In this document: piece by piece, positions 10,857 through 24,361 of the stretch
Layout of the letters: each line of letters begins with the position of its first letter
Position numbering within the stretch: position 1 is the first letter of the stretch
From: Hemiscyllium ocellatum
Taxonomy: Eukaryota
DNA: 64,000 bases
Direction of reading: 5' to 3'
Assembly (NCBI RefSeq): GCF_020745735.1
Contig: NC_083403.1
Location: forward strand, 116,268,526 to 116,332,525
Translations under genes and position numbers: made by a program
Notes under the pieces: generated by a model
Told to the model about the DNA's origin: nothing
Databases searched by the model: none
The model's input: only the letters and a program-made list of their open reading frames with translations

Positions 10857-12649
10857 TCCATATTCCATGCAATGTTAAGGTAGCATAATGCAAGAGCAGA
10901 AGGATGATACCAAATTTTATCATTTTGACTTAATTTGAGCATTGGAGGATAGTTGAATATTTTCTTCAATAGTACTTACTGGTTTATGTAAACTGTGTAG
11001 TACTTATGAGCAACAGTTGATGGCAAGGATTGAGTACAAAACTGTAATCTAAACTAATATTTAAGTAGTGTCTCAAATCAAAATTCTTGCAAATGTATCA
11101 TCATTTGAACTCCAAGATGTGGTGACAACTTTGAGTTCAGCCTTGCTCCTTTGTTAACTTTAATTTCTGTCATCTGAGGAGTACTGAATTCTGCATTAGG
11201 ACAGGTTTTGTGTTGCTTGCCATTTTGGACAGTAGGAATCAGCACACTGTTTTTAGGTAATGTGAAAGGAAGTTGGTTATTAATCAGATTGTCAATTCTA
11301 CATGTCAAATGAGAAACTATCTATGTATATGTTTAGATTATATTTTAATACACTTTGGTAGTGGTTTTGTACTGTTTACTTACATTACTGTATATATTTA
11401 TAATGTGTATATTTTACTGTATATATGTGTTTGTATATATGGTAGCACACATATATATTCCCATTGGGCTGTGTAGTTTTTGCCTGCCCTCTTTGCTTCT
11501 CTTTATATTACTTTTCCTTCACTTTTCCTGCTTTCTTGTTTACTTTTCAATATTCTTCTTTATTCATGATCTACCATGAACTTACTTCCTCCTTGCTGTT
11601 TTCTTGTGCATTTTTTATTTTTATCTTTTTTCTAAATTTGACTTCTCTTCCTCCTCCTTTGCCGAAATAGAAACTGTAAAGAGCTGTAAAACACTCTCAC
11701 GTGCATGAATGCAGACCAGGCTGGCTAAAAGAAAGGAAAGAATCTGTGGAGAAATTGTCTAGGGAAGAAGCCATAGGGAAATCTAAAACTGAAAGAGCTA
11801 AAAAAGACGACAGATCAGTGGTAGCAGTCAGAAAGTTGAAATTAAATGTGGAGGAGGCAACCAAGCAGCTGTGGGATCAGAGAGAGTAACTCAGCAAACT
11901 ATGCTGGGAAGAATGCTTGTGAGTTTGTTTCACAAGTTGATTTTTTTTTTCGTTTATTTCCCACTGTCGTCAAGTATTTTTCTTTTGTTTTCATTTCCTT
12001 CTCATTAAAGTACTGACTGGTGTAGGAACATGGTTCTAGAACAAGGATGCCTCACCTAAATGGTCTTTATCTTTGAATCTACAGTGAAGTAGTCGGCAGG
12101 TATTCAGCATGAGTGAAATCATTGCAAAGCCAATTTCTCCGCTGATACCAACATACATATGTTTTCATTTTATTGTATGGTTCAAATGTTAAATACATGA
12201 AGTAATAACTAGAGATGCTGTGTCATAGTCAGCCTTCCTCTTGGATGGAACTGGAAACAAGCTGACATGAATGATGCTAATAACTTGGATGTGTCAGAAT
12301 ATCAGACATTATTGGTGGAAAATTGAATTGCAGACCAGGTGAAAAAGAAATATCTCTAAAATGAGGGATGCTGTGCCATCAAATCTGCAGCTCCAAGGTC
12401 GAGACCAGTGCTGCTCTTTTCACATCTGTCACATTTGTGGTTCATGGATGGTTGTGAAAATAGAATGTAAAAATTGATTGAGTTTTAGGAATGATGCAAT
12501 AATGAAATTTGGGGCGTCTCCATTATCCATGGGAAAGACTGGTGTTTTGACAATGCCTTCAAAACTTGAATTTCTTCACTTTCATTTCTGACTTAGGAAT
12601 CTTACTTGTTTGTAACAAAAAAGAAACTTAGTTGAAAATTGGATATTCC

Positions 12650-13715
12650 TTGAAGCTGCATTCACCTAGAAACATGGAAAAAGTTCAATCACAATCTTGC
12701 TTTGTGGCATTTAGATATGAACAAGGTTTGGGAAGTCAGGCGGTGATTATTCACCAGAGAATTCCCAGCCTTTGGCCTCTCTTGTATTCACGGTTTATGC
12801 AGCTGATCTGATGGTGACACTACACCCTGACATCCCTGAAGTTGAACAAATGCTGCATGTTAGCTGTTTGACACTCTTAGCTGCTCAAGTTACTACTGCA
12901 GGTTTTTATTCTATTTATTCATAAGATATGAACATCAATAGAAGACCAGCATTTAGTATCCAGCCTGATTGGCCTTGGAAAGATGGTGGTAAATCATTAT
13001 CTTAAGCTGCTGCCATCCATGAAGTTACAACTACGGTCCTGTGAAGGGTATTCTAATATTTTAATCTAGAACCAATGAAGGAATAGCATTATAGTTCAAA
13101 GTCTGGAAGTGGAGGTGAATATGCAAATGATGGTATTTCCATACACCCAATACCCTTGGCCTTCTCAATGCTTGGATGGTGCTTTCGGAGGACCCTTGGT
13201 GGTCTAAGGTAGTGCATCCTGTAGATGGTACACACTGCTCCCACTGCACAATGGCAAAATGAAGGTGGTTGATGGCATGCCAATCAAATGGGATGTTTTG
13301 TCCTAGATGGTGTCAAGTTTCTTGAATGTTCCATCAGCTCCATTCACCTAGGTGAGCGGAGAACATAAAATCACAATCTTGTTTTGTAGCATTTAGATAT
13401 GGACAAGTTTGGGAAGTTAGAAGGTGATTATTCACCATAGAATTCCCAGCCTTTTGCCTGCTCTTGTAATCAAACTGTTTATGTGGCTGACAGCATACCA
13501 TGATTTCCCTGAAGTTATTGGTAGAGAATTCCACGATAAAATTGTTGTTGATTGTTGAGGAAAAATAGGTAGATTTTCTCTTGCCTGGTCATTGCCTGGA
13601 ATTGGTGTCGTATGAATATTAGTTGCTTCCTATTGACCTAAGCCTGACTGTTGCCCAGATCTTGTTGCATAAAGACATAGACTGCTCCATAATTCGAGCT
13701 GTTGTGAATGCAGTG
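12650..13715 (-). mobile_element. Decayed fragments of the second CR1-clade LINE family, with a local duplication
   Basis: gggaagtcagg..gaattcccagcctttg..ctcttgta and ggtcattgcctgg..atattagttgc match the minus strand of 16541-17290. Confidence 0.7.
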
Positions 13716-15084
13716 TTGAAACATTATAGCGATGGTATAGTAAGGGGCATGTTTAGTTCTGGAGCTTAAATCTTCAGCACTTCATGGATTTCTTGTCAAG
13801 ATCCTTAGCTTTGCTCTATCCAGAAATATCAACTGTTCCTTGATATTTAATTTCTTCAAATTTCTGCACATTTTCTTCCAGATCTACCAGAAGCCCCACA
13901 TGCCCTGACCAGAAATATAGTTTACACGCTGTACAAATATAAACATTATCAAACATATTTATCACCATACAAGACTCAATAGTACTACATGCAACGGATG
14001 TGTCGAGGTTTGGACCCTAATGTTTGTAGTGGTCGGAAATAGTTTAATCATGAGTTGTTTTTCACATGAGGATGCTGATGATACTTTGCATTCCAATGAG
14101 TAATGAACATCCATTTTCACACAGGTGGACTGTAACAAATGATATTAGAACACTGAAAGCCCAAAATGACAATCCAAGAGTAACTGTGCTCACATTTGGA
14201 CTCTAACCAACTGTCTGCCTAGGACTCAATGTTGAGGGCATCATCAGTTGAGATCTCCAGGAAATTCCTTTGTCCTTTAGTTGATATCTTGCAATAAAGC
14301 CCCTGTGGAAAATGAGCTGTTTTGTTTCTCCTATGAGAGAAAATACTTGCGTTATGGCTTTGTCAGTTCAGTGAGATATTGCTTGTTGATGCTTTTAAAG
14401 GTGTCCTGTAAGTGTGCTTCATTCTTCTTAAGGAATTCATGCAAGTTTGGGAACTTCTAAGTGTTGATTTCCTTCTTAAAGTGAACCTTGAATTTCTGTT
14501 TTTCTTACATTGGTGCAATTTTGACCCAGACTAACAGCTTTGAAGTCCTAGCTCTAATTCAGTCACGCGAGAGATTATATTTTAGAAGTAGCATAACTGT
14601 AATAACCAGATTATGTTTGGCAGACAGTGAGGGGGAGTGAATGGTAAATAATAGCTTCAGTTTGGAGTGAAGTTCAACGAAACAAACCAAGACCTTGCAA
14701 TGTGACAGCCACCAAAGTACAATGTGAAACAGTAGTTTGACATGCTCACTTTACAATTCATTACGAGGAGCAGAAAATATTCTGGAATTCAAGTCAGGTT
14801 TTTATAAAATTTACAGATTTCATAGCTTGTCTAGCATTTGCTCCAGGTTTGTATGTATAATTTCAACAGCAAGTGCTTCCCCTGTATGCTGCAATTCACC
14901 CTCATCATTTTAGGAAGAGCTACTCTAATGCATGTCATTGTATATACCATTGTGCTTACTAATCATTGGCTCAGATCTTCTAGTCTCTGGATGCCGGAGC
15001 ATGGACGGATGACCAAAGATGGACTTTGTGTTGTGACAATCCCGGGATCCCACTAAGTCTGTGGGAGTAACATTCATGTGACTT

Positions 15085-15640
15085 GGAAAATTAACAGCTC
15101 CAACAAGAGAAAATCTAAGCGTCACCCCTTGATATTAAATGGTATCACCATTACTGAATATCCCACTATAAACATCCTATAGTTTAACTGTTGACCAGAA
15201 ACTGAACTGAGCTAGTTATATAAGTATTGTCCACAAAGTCAGGCCAGAAGCTAACAAGCCTGCAGCATGCAACACACCTCCTGACTCCTCAAAGCCTGCA
15301 CATAATCTATAAGGCCCAAATCCGGAGTATGTTGGAATACTGGCCACATGTGTGAATGAGTGCAGTTTCAAGAACACTAAAGAAGCTTGACACCGTTCAG
15401 GGCAAAGCAGTCTGCTTGACCGGCACCCTGTGCACCACCATCCTCTACGCACGTTCATTCCCTCCACCATTTCCCACAGTGCATCCTATAAATGGTATCT
15501 TCACCTGCTCTGACCTGTATGTGACACCAGATCTGTAGTAAAATGGTTGGCTCTTGGCTACACCTTGAATGGTTGAAGCAAGTCACTCACTTCAATGGCA
15601 ATGCCTTGCCAGCAATGCTCACATCCCATGAATAAAACAA
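15085..15640 (+). mobile_element. Second CR1-clade LINE family, 3' part
   Basis: Peptides NKRKSKRHPLILNGITITEYPTINIL, DQKLN and TLKKLDTVQGKAVCLTG; tail cacatcccatgaataaaa. Confidence 0.8.
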
Positions 15641-16540
15641 AGTTGCCTCCTGTTCAAAAATGTATTGCACAAGAAACTGAAGGTGAACCAAGACTGCCAT
15701 ATCTGTGAACTGTACATTTGCAGAGCAAAGTATTGGCTTTTTTTGACAGTTTTTGCTGACCGAGTTTGAACATTAACCATGAAATTAATTCAGGATGATA
15801 GTGTGTTGTTTGATATTAATACTAACTGAATTAAAATTTATATTCATTCATAGGAAATCAGTGTCACATGCTAGGCCAGCAGTTATTGGCCATCCATAAT
15901 TGTCCGTGGGCTGTTAAGTCAGTTACATTGCATAGTGCTTATCAGGCCTGCAGGTACAGATAGGATTGTTTCCTCTCCTCTGATGTGAAGTATCCTGATT
16001 TTGCAACTCTACAACTATTAGTTTTAGTCTGTTATTTGATGAAGCTTCACCACATAATATATGTTCTGGCTGAAGGTATTCATCACCTCTAGGTCAAAGA
16101 AATCATTTTTTTTGATATGTGCAATTACTTTTATTTTAAACCTAGTCTCAGTGTCTTGTTACAGGTCATTGCCATTGTCTCACCAGTATCTGATCCAGGC
16201 AAGACCCATTCTATCCATCACTTCTCATTACTCAGAACCTGTGAGGTCTTCTTGATACAGTCCCTGCCTTTAGCCATCAGTTTGTTTTTGAGTGTTGCAC
16301 CCCAGTGTATATTTAGTTCAAGTGCAACATATGCAGCGGTGTAAGAAACCTAGTTTAGTTTTGAGCTCAGTCATCTAGATAGTTACTGGACCACTGAAGC
16401 CATTCTATTGTGTGTAGGCCTATTGGAGTTAAAGACTCTGTATATAATATCTTGGGTGTTTCTGTGTTCTCATTAGTACATCTTTCAAGTAAACTAGTTA
16501 TTTTTATATGCAATATTTCCACATATTCTGGGAGGTACAT

Positions 16541-17290
16541 TTTTAAAATTCATTTGTGGGATTAGGGCATCGCAGATTGGCCAACATTTATTTCCCATCC
16601 CCAGCTGCCCTTGAGCAGCTCATGGTGAGCGACCATCTCGAACCACTGTACTCTACCTGCTGTGGGTTGACCCATAATTTCAATAGGGGAGGAATTCCAG
16701 GATTTTGACCGAGGAACAGAGATATATTTCCAAGTCAGGATAGTAAGTGACTTGAAGGGGAATCTGAAGGCGGTGGTGTTCCCATATATCTGCTGTCCTT
16801 ATCTTTTTAGATGGAAATAGTTGTGGGATTGGAAGTCACTGTCTGAGGATCTTTGGTGAATTTCTGCAGTGCATCTTGTAGATGCACTCTGCTGTTACTG
16901 AGTGTTGGTGGTGGAGGGAGTGGTTGCTTGTGGAAGTATTGCCAATCAAGCTGGTTGCCTTGTCTTGGATGGTATCATCCAGGCAAGTGGGGTGTATTCA
17001 ATCATACTCCTGACTTGTGCCTTGTAGATGGTGGACAGACTTTGAGGAATCAGAAGGTAAGTTACCCACTGCAGCATTGCTAGCTCCTGACCTACTCTGA
17101 GAGCCACCGTGTTTGTGTGATGAGTCTAGTTGAGTTTCTGGTCAATGATAACCCCAAAGATGTTGATAGTAGGGGATTCAGTGATGGTAACGCCATTGAA
17201 TGCCATGGGGTGGTGGTTAGATTGTCTCTTGTTTGTGATGGTCATAGCCTGGCATTTGTGTGGTGCAAATGTTACTTGCCACTTGCAGCA
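16541..17290 (-). mobile_element. Second CR1-clade LINE family, 3' part
   Basis: ORF 17126-17335 contains KWQVTFAPHKCQAMTITNKRQSNHHPMAFNGVTITESPTINIFGVIIDQKLN, the RT C-terminal region. The 3' tail is at 16541-16620. Confidence 0.85.
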
Positions 17291-17984
17291 CTGCACCACT
17301 GTTTGTGACTGCCAAGTCCAGATGTTCCATTTCATGAAAAAGTGTTTCTCTCAAATTGAGATATGCTAGTGAAGGTCCATACCCATTACATTAAGATGGC
17401 ATTTTTACTGTGAACACCAAGATATGCTAACCAATTTGATGCGCAGCACAAGCAACCAATCTCATGCTCCCATGAATTGGGAAAGAATCAGATTAATTGC
17501 CTGGCTTCCAATCTAACCAATCAGGAATGAAGTCGAAGCAGTTATGTCCCTAGATTAGTCACCCAGAAGCCTGAACTAATGATCTTACTGAATATAACCA
17601 TTGCAGAATTTAAATTCAGTTTGCAGCAACCCAAAATAGAAAGCTAATACCAGTAACTGCTGGTAAATAATAAAGAAAACATCTGATTCATTGATATCCT
17701 TCAGAAAAGTAAATCTTTAATCTTCCCTGATCTAAGATTTCAGACCTATAATAATGTGCTTTTCAAAATCATGAGGGAATAAATAATGTAGATAGAGAAA
17801 TTGTTCCCTTTAAAGGAAAAATTGAGAAACATATTGCATTGATTTAAGATAGTTGACGAAAGAACTAAAAGTGCAAAAGCAAACCTCTCACAGAATTACA
17901 TGGGATCTACGTATCTTTCAGCCTATAACCAGTCCATGTCAGTGGTAAAGATGTCCTCCCATCTTTTCACATCTAAATCTAGCC

Positions 17985-18470
17985 ATCAACCTTTTCCCTC
18001 AAATGCTGTCCAGTTTCCTTCTAAAGACATATTGTATTCTCTTCAACTGCTCCCTCTGGTAGCAAGTTCCACACTCGGACCACTATCTGGATAAAGAAAT
18101 TTCTTCTGAATTCCTTATTGAATTTCTCAGCGACTATCTTATTTTGATGGTCTCGAGCTTTGCTCTCGCTCCATAAGAGGAATCATTCTTCTATTAAGTA
18201 ACCCTTTCAGAAATTTATTGCCACACATTCCTGGTTTCAGCCTTGTAAATCTTCTGTGTATCAGTATTGTATACCTTTTTAAAAGATGTTGAATCAAATT
18301 GGATACTTTTAGTAAGGATTCTGTTATCTTTAACTGGATAGTAAAAACCAAGATTTTATACAGGGTTAGCATAATTTGCCAAATTTTCAATTCTACCCTT
18401 TTTAAATAAAGCCTAGTGCTAGATTTGCTTTCTTTATGACCTTTCTAGCCTGCAGCACAACATTAAAAAT
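17985..18470 (-). mobile_element. Decayed CR1 3' fragment
   Basis: tggtagcaagttccacactc..ataaagaaatttcttctgaattcc; ORF 18139-18390 fragments IMLTLYKILV and IHRRFTRL.PGM. Confidence 0.6.
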
Positions 18471-18559
18471 TGCAAAATTGTTCTGATGCAAAGGAGGTCA
18501 TTCAGGCTCTGCAGATTTGAACTCCATGCCAATCTCCTGTCTTCTCCCTGTCACCTTGT

Positions 18560-19625
18560 ACATTAGATGATAATTGAAATAGAAACAATGCCCTCCTGAA
18601 TGCCACAATCGAACTTGCTTTCACCATTAACTGGTTGAGAGCCAATTTCAGTGGGGGGAAAAGTAGGGATGGGCCAGATAGATGGGTCCGAAGGATGGTG
18701 GGAAAAACAGTAGCTAAAGAATGGGCCATTTTCAAAGAAGAGATGGAGTAGATGCACTTGAGATATATTACCTTGGAAGAGAAACGAAGGACAATCAAAT
18801 CCAGAGCTGTCTGGATGGGAAAGAAAATAAAAATTAATTCAAAGCAGACAAAGTGAGTTTGTGACAGGGGTCAGGTAGTAAATACAATTGCGAACCAAGC
18901 TGAACAAAGAAGGTTCAGAAGGGAAGTCATAAAGCAAATAAGAAAAGCAAAGAATGATCATGAAAATGGATTAGCAGCTTACATAGATAGAAATCCCAAA
19001 GTCTTGTATAAGCAAATCGATAGTAAAAGGGTATTAGGAGGAGGAATAAGGCTCATTGGGGACCAAAAAGAGAAGTTACACATGAAGGCAAGAGGCATTA
19101 AAGTGTTAAAACATTTATTAGGTTCATGATTTTGTAATTCAAGATTTCTTTAGTCCATGTCAATCTGCACAATTCCAAGAAATAAGTGACCTCCCTTCTC
19201 TTCCCACTAAAGTGCTACGTTTAAGAAGCCATTCAGGGTACTTGTAACTTTTAGTCAAGGCATTGAATACAAGAGCGAGGATGTTATGATTTAAAGCATT
19301 AGAGTTGGAGTACCTGTGTGCAATTCTCCACTATAGAAAGGATTGATTGCACTAGTGAGGATACAGACAAAATTCATGAGGATGTTGGCTGGCTGGAGCA
19401 AATCAGGTATAACACAAAACTAGGTAGGCTGGATTACTTTCCTTAAAGTTAAAAAGCCTGAGGGAGATCGCACCTGAGGACCATAAACTTATGAAGGTCA
19501 TAGATGGGAAGAATCCCAGGGGTCACATTTCAAGTAGTGAGCAAGAAATTTATAGTGGATTTGAGGAAGTATTTTTTTCACGAAGTGCATTGGACATCTG
19601 GAACTCACTGTGAAATGTTGGTAGA
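18560..19625 (+). mobile_element. Decayed CR1 ORF2 (EN-RT linker plus 3' part, internally deleted)
   Basis: EWAIFKEEM, NPKVLYKQIDSKRVL and GDQK linker motifs, then GIEYKSEDVM and IQTKFMRMLAG. Confidence 0.65.
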
Positions 19626-19669
19626 AATGGGAACCCTCAGAACCTGAACTCTTAACCACTTTCTGAAAC

Positions 19670-20015
19670 CCTTCCTTTATTCTTTCATGCGATACGTGGT
19701 CACTGGCAAGGTCAGTATTTCTTGCCTGTCCCCAGTTACCCTTGAACCGAAGCGCTTGCTATCCCTTTTCAGAGAAATCACATTGCTGAGAGTCTGTAGT
19801 CACACTTAGGCCAAAGCAGGTAAGATTGGCGGATTTCCTTCCTTAAAGGATATTAGTGAACATGTGGGCTTTTATGGCTGTTACAGATAGTTTCATGGAA
19901 GCCATTACTGGGACTCATTTTCAGTTGCACCAGTTGCAATGGAGTGATTTGAACCTGTTTTCAAGCATTAGCCTGGGCCTCTGCATTGCTGGTTCAAAGA
20001 TATTATCACTGTTAC
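19670..20015 (-). mobile_element. tRNA SINE sharing the second-family CR1 tail
   Basis: ggatttccttccttaaaggatattagtgaac, gatttgaacc (B box on minus), attatcactg. Related to 52885-53240 and 59572-59925. Confidence 0.6.
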
Positions 20016-22489
20016 AGTCTTTCCTTTGGTGTTCTATAAAGTCACTCAGTTTTTATGAAGACAAATCATGCATTTTCTCAATGTAATTATTGATGAACAA
20101 TAAATGCTGATTTTTGCCAGAAACAGCTACATAAATCAATTTATAAAAACAGCTTCAGGATGTAGATTATAGAGGACAAAGAAAACAGATTCCATAGGTA
20201 AGGGTGATTTCTTTCAAAAAATTTTCAATACATTTAATAAAATTATTGGTCAAAGCAGTCATATTTGGCCCACTAAAATGATTTGAGCTGTGAGGTGTGT
20301 TACAGTATCATATGTGCTATGAAGTGTTTTACATGATTAACGAATTCACGATAAATAGTTACATTTTTTTGCCTATAGTTTGTGAAATGAACACGTCTGT
20401 TAATACTTATTTCAAATCATTGCAATAGCTCATCTTTCAGTCCAGTTGTAAGAACCAAGGATTTTAATAATTGCAACCCCAAGTCATGGCTTCACAACAC
20501 TGGATATCAGATGGAAAATTACTATTAAGTGATACAGGGTGTATTTACAAGAGACACCATTGAAACGGAACAGCAGACTGTGTCTAATTCAAGATTTAAA
20601 TATATAAAAATTCATTTAATCAGCTTAATGGAAACATGAAATTTATACTGTTATATGAAATGCTTTATAGGACCATGTGCATCATATAAAATCATTTTGG
20701 TTGGTCCAACTATGCCTGTCTCTTTTTCATCTTTTATATAATACTAGACAACTCCTATATTATGTCTACAATATATGTAACTAATCCCTTCTAATGTAGG
20801 ATGTATGTTGTTGCCATTCTGGGAAGCAACCTTTTATTACTAATTATTATTGAGGCTGGCTGGACATTTCACAGGCATATCAATATGCTGAAAACAGAAC
20901 ACTGAAATAAGGCAGATTTCCTACATTGTTACTCAACTTAAATTTCCCCCCCAAAAAGGGGGAGCATTTTGCAATACAATCCACAGCAATATGGGGCATG
21001 TATCCACCATGAGAATTTGGGCCTGATACAATTGCTTTAAGATTGATGTTGCAATTAAAAAGTAGATGACAGCACAGTTTATAGAGAGCAGTTTGGTGAC
21101 TGCCCAAAATGTTATGAGAATTTGAAGTCCCCCTTGACCCATCCACCCACTTGTAAAGATTTTTTTGTTGTTTTCAATTTTAGAAAAATGTTTCTTTGGA
21201 CAAAATCCCTATTATGCATCTGCCTTACAAGTCAGCAACAGTGACCTTGCCACTGAGTGCACTTATCACAGCAAGCTCTCAATGAACAATTTTGTATTTC
21301 ATGTTCAATCTAAAAATACAAATATAATTGCAAGCAAAACATGGAAAGTGATTTGAGTTTCTTTTAGGAAAATTTCATAATTAAGTTAAAAACGAATTCT
21401 AAATTTACAACATCACAGACGCTTATGACATGCAAGAGGAGGTCATTCCTCCCATCATTCCTGTGCTAGATCTCGAAAAGCATAATCTACATAGTTCCAT
21501 TTCCCTGCATTTTTCCCATACATTTTTTAATTGTTCTTTTCAGATATTTACAAATATGTTTTGAAAGCTGTTTTTTGCATTTGTCATGTCTGGAAGAACA
21601 CTCTTTAGCTCTGAAAGTAAATTTTCCAAACCTCTTCTAAATGATGTCCTCATTTTTCCTATTCACCAACCCATGAAAGTATTGTCTCCCTCATCTACAC
21701 GTTCATAATTTTGAACACTCCCTAACAGATTTCCTTATAACATTCTGCAATATAAGAAGAGAATCTGAGTTTTAATCTCAGCAGCAAATACTTGCGTTTG
21801 TATCATGGCTTTAATGTGAAAAAAAAGTTCCAATATGACACACAGGGTTATGATCAGGCTAAGTGCATGTCGAGCCAATGATTGAAAAGCTATGGGACGG
21901 GGTGACAAAATACTCCAGGACGTGGTTTTTAAGGAAGGTTTAAAAGGGAGGCGAAAAAGAGCACAGTTGGAAGAGTATAGGAAAGAGTTCTGATTCAAAT
22001 AAATCAAAACAACTGGAGGGCCTCTCAAGGTGCATATTTTTAAAGGGAAGGATTGACCCCACTGAAGCAATTTTAACATCATGATGATATTATAGCAGTC
22101 AGTGTGGACTGTGTGACTGTTTTGCTCAGGAAGAACCATCGTGATGGGGAGATTTAGCCTTGTGTGTGACAGGCTATGAGTAACAGAGTTTTAGCTGTTC
22201 ACAGAGCATAGAATACCAGCTAAGTTGAGGCTGAGGGTGAGATTCAAATCTATAAGCAATGTTGTCCTTACTGTCTCCGCATGTGGGGCAGTGCTTTGAC
22301 TGACACAAACATTATCTGGATCAAAAGGCTAATTGTTCCTATATTGATAGTTTACAAGAATGCAGTGTGTAAGAACATTCACAGATGACCACTTTCCATT
22401 TTTTAAAATCCATTAACTAATGTACTATCCATGCTGCCACATTCCTTTTAATAATGCTTGCTTTAATTTGATGTGGCAGTTTTGTTTTA

Positions 22490-22906
22490 ATGCTAGCATC
22501 CTTGACTGGAAGGTTGTACTTTAAGATTCACTTCAGAAATCTGAGAAGATGCAGCAAAATACGTAAACAGCAAATTAGCTGTCCAGTATAGTTCTGTGGA
22601 AGTCCTGCACTGTCATATGTCTCTTAGAGAAGCCACTTAACCATGGCTTGATCTGTCCTCTTACATGGAGATCACGATAGACTTTTACAAGAGGAGCAGG
22701 GGATTTCTTCGTGTTCTGCCCAGCATTTAATCCTCAATCAACATGACTAAAAATAAATTATCTCCTTTGTTTCATTTCCCAGTAGTTGTCAAATCTTGTT
22801 CCTTTACACTGTGCAGGTGACTACAAATCAAAAGTACTTAATTTACTGTGAAACCCTAGGAAATCCTGAGGTTGCAAAACAAACTAAACACATGTAAGTT
22901 CTTTCT
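22490..22906 (+). mobile_element. DeuSINE (SacSINE1/AmnSINE1-like) SINE, old
   Basis: Deu-domain-like gaggagcaggggatttc..gtgttctgcccagcatttaatcctcaatcaacatgactaaaa and tail gtgactaca..caaaagtactt..tcctgaggttg. Confidence 0.65.
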
Positions 22907-23442
22907 CGAAAAGACTCTTATGTAGCACATTATTGAAACATTTAAAATAGTTTAACAAGGGAACATCCTCAGCATTTCCTTTATCAAGGCACATCTTTTC
23001 TCAAAACGTTCCATTGAAAAATATCCATGGTTTGACTTTCACAAACTGTAACCATTTTAAATTCCCTTTCAAAAACTTTTATTCTTTTAATTTGTGCAAG
23101 AAGTGACATTCCATTTGTGTGAATGCAGATAATATTCTGAAATTTGTTCCTGAAATCCGCTGGTTATAGGTAAAGAATAATCTAACGAATGAATGTTACT
23201 GTGACACCGATATCTACCCCTATTGATTGATAAGCTCCTTATGGCATACACAACAGATGGAAGTGAACTGCAAAGGAGCAATTCAGTTAATTGACTCGAT
23301 TTAAGACATGCCTCAAATTATTAATGAATACCAACTCAGCCATTCAATTTAGTTTGTTTAACGACCATCATTTGTGAAATCATTTTTATTGCTCCTTCAT
23401 TGATGTAATTTATACAGAAATGCATGTAAGACCTTATAATAC

Positions 23443-23774
23443 TAGATTAGATTAGATTACTATTAGATTAGATTACTTACAGTGTGGAAACAGGCCCTTC
23501 GGCCCAACAAGTCCACACCGACCCGCCGAAGCGCAACCCACCCATACCCCTACATATACCCCTTACCTAACACTACAGGCAATTTAGCATGGCCAATTTA
23601 CCTGACCCGCACATCTTTGGACTGTGGGAGGAAACCGGAGCACCCGGAGGAAACCCACGCAGACACGGGGAGAACGTGCAAACTCCACACAGTCAGTCAC
23701 CTGAGGTGGGAATTGAACCCAGGTCCCTAGCGCTGTGAGGCAGCAGTGCTAACCACTGTGCCACCGTGCCGCCC
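23443..23774 (-). mobile_element. HE1-type SINE, young full-length copy
   Basis: Long (TAGAT)n tail, intact V-domain and A/B boxes, AATAC on both flanks (possible TSD). Confidence 0.93.
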
Positions 23775-24361
23775 AAATACAGGTGAAAGAATAACACAGC
23801 ATTGCACGCAAGGCAGTTTACCTTGTGCAATGTCCTACATGAGACATTATGGAGTAGAATTCCATATTTTTGTACCATATGTAGTCATGGAGTGAAACAG
23901 GTACGTCATTACAGTGGTCTGATCTTTTGTACTGCAGGTGTTTACACACTCAGTATGTCTGTGCTTGAATTTTCTTGATGTTTTACTCTTGCCAGTCAAT
24001 TTGTGCACTCTTTCCACTTTGTTCTTTATGATACCTCCTCCAGATTGAAGACCTATATGGTCTTGTAATTACAGTGGATAAAATGGTGTAAAATTAAGCT
24101 GAGATTTTTGGCACAGCAGGAAGCAATCATTTTCTTGTTCTTTTTGCATTTTCTCAGACATTTTTAAAATACGTATAACCTCATTAGACTGTACTTATTT
24201 GAATACCTTTCATTACATCAGTATAAGTCACATCAAAAACTGAAAATTGTTCTTAAAGACGGCATGCCTAAATCATTTGAAACTCAGCACAGACTCTTCC
24301 ATTGTGGAGTCGTAAGCTTAGAGTTGGCCTGGAAATGGTTGTCACTTTCTCTGAGGGATAG

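Noticed and set aside
11273-11670. Hydrophobic membrane-protein-like ORFs
   Set aside because: Artefacts of TA- and T-rich low-complexity sequence.
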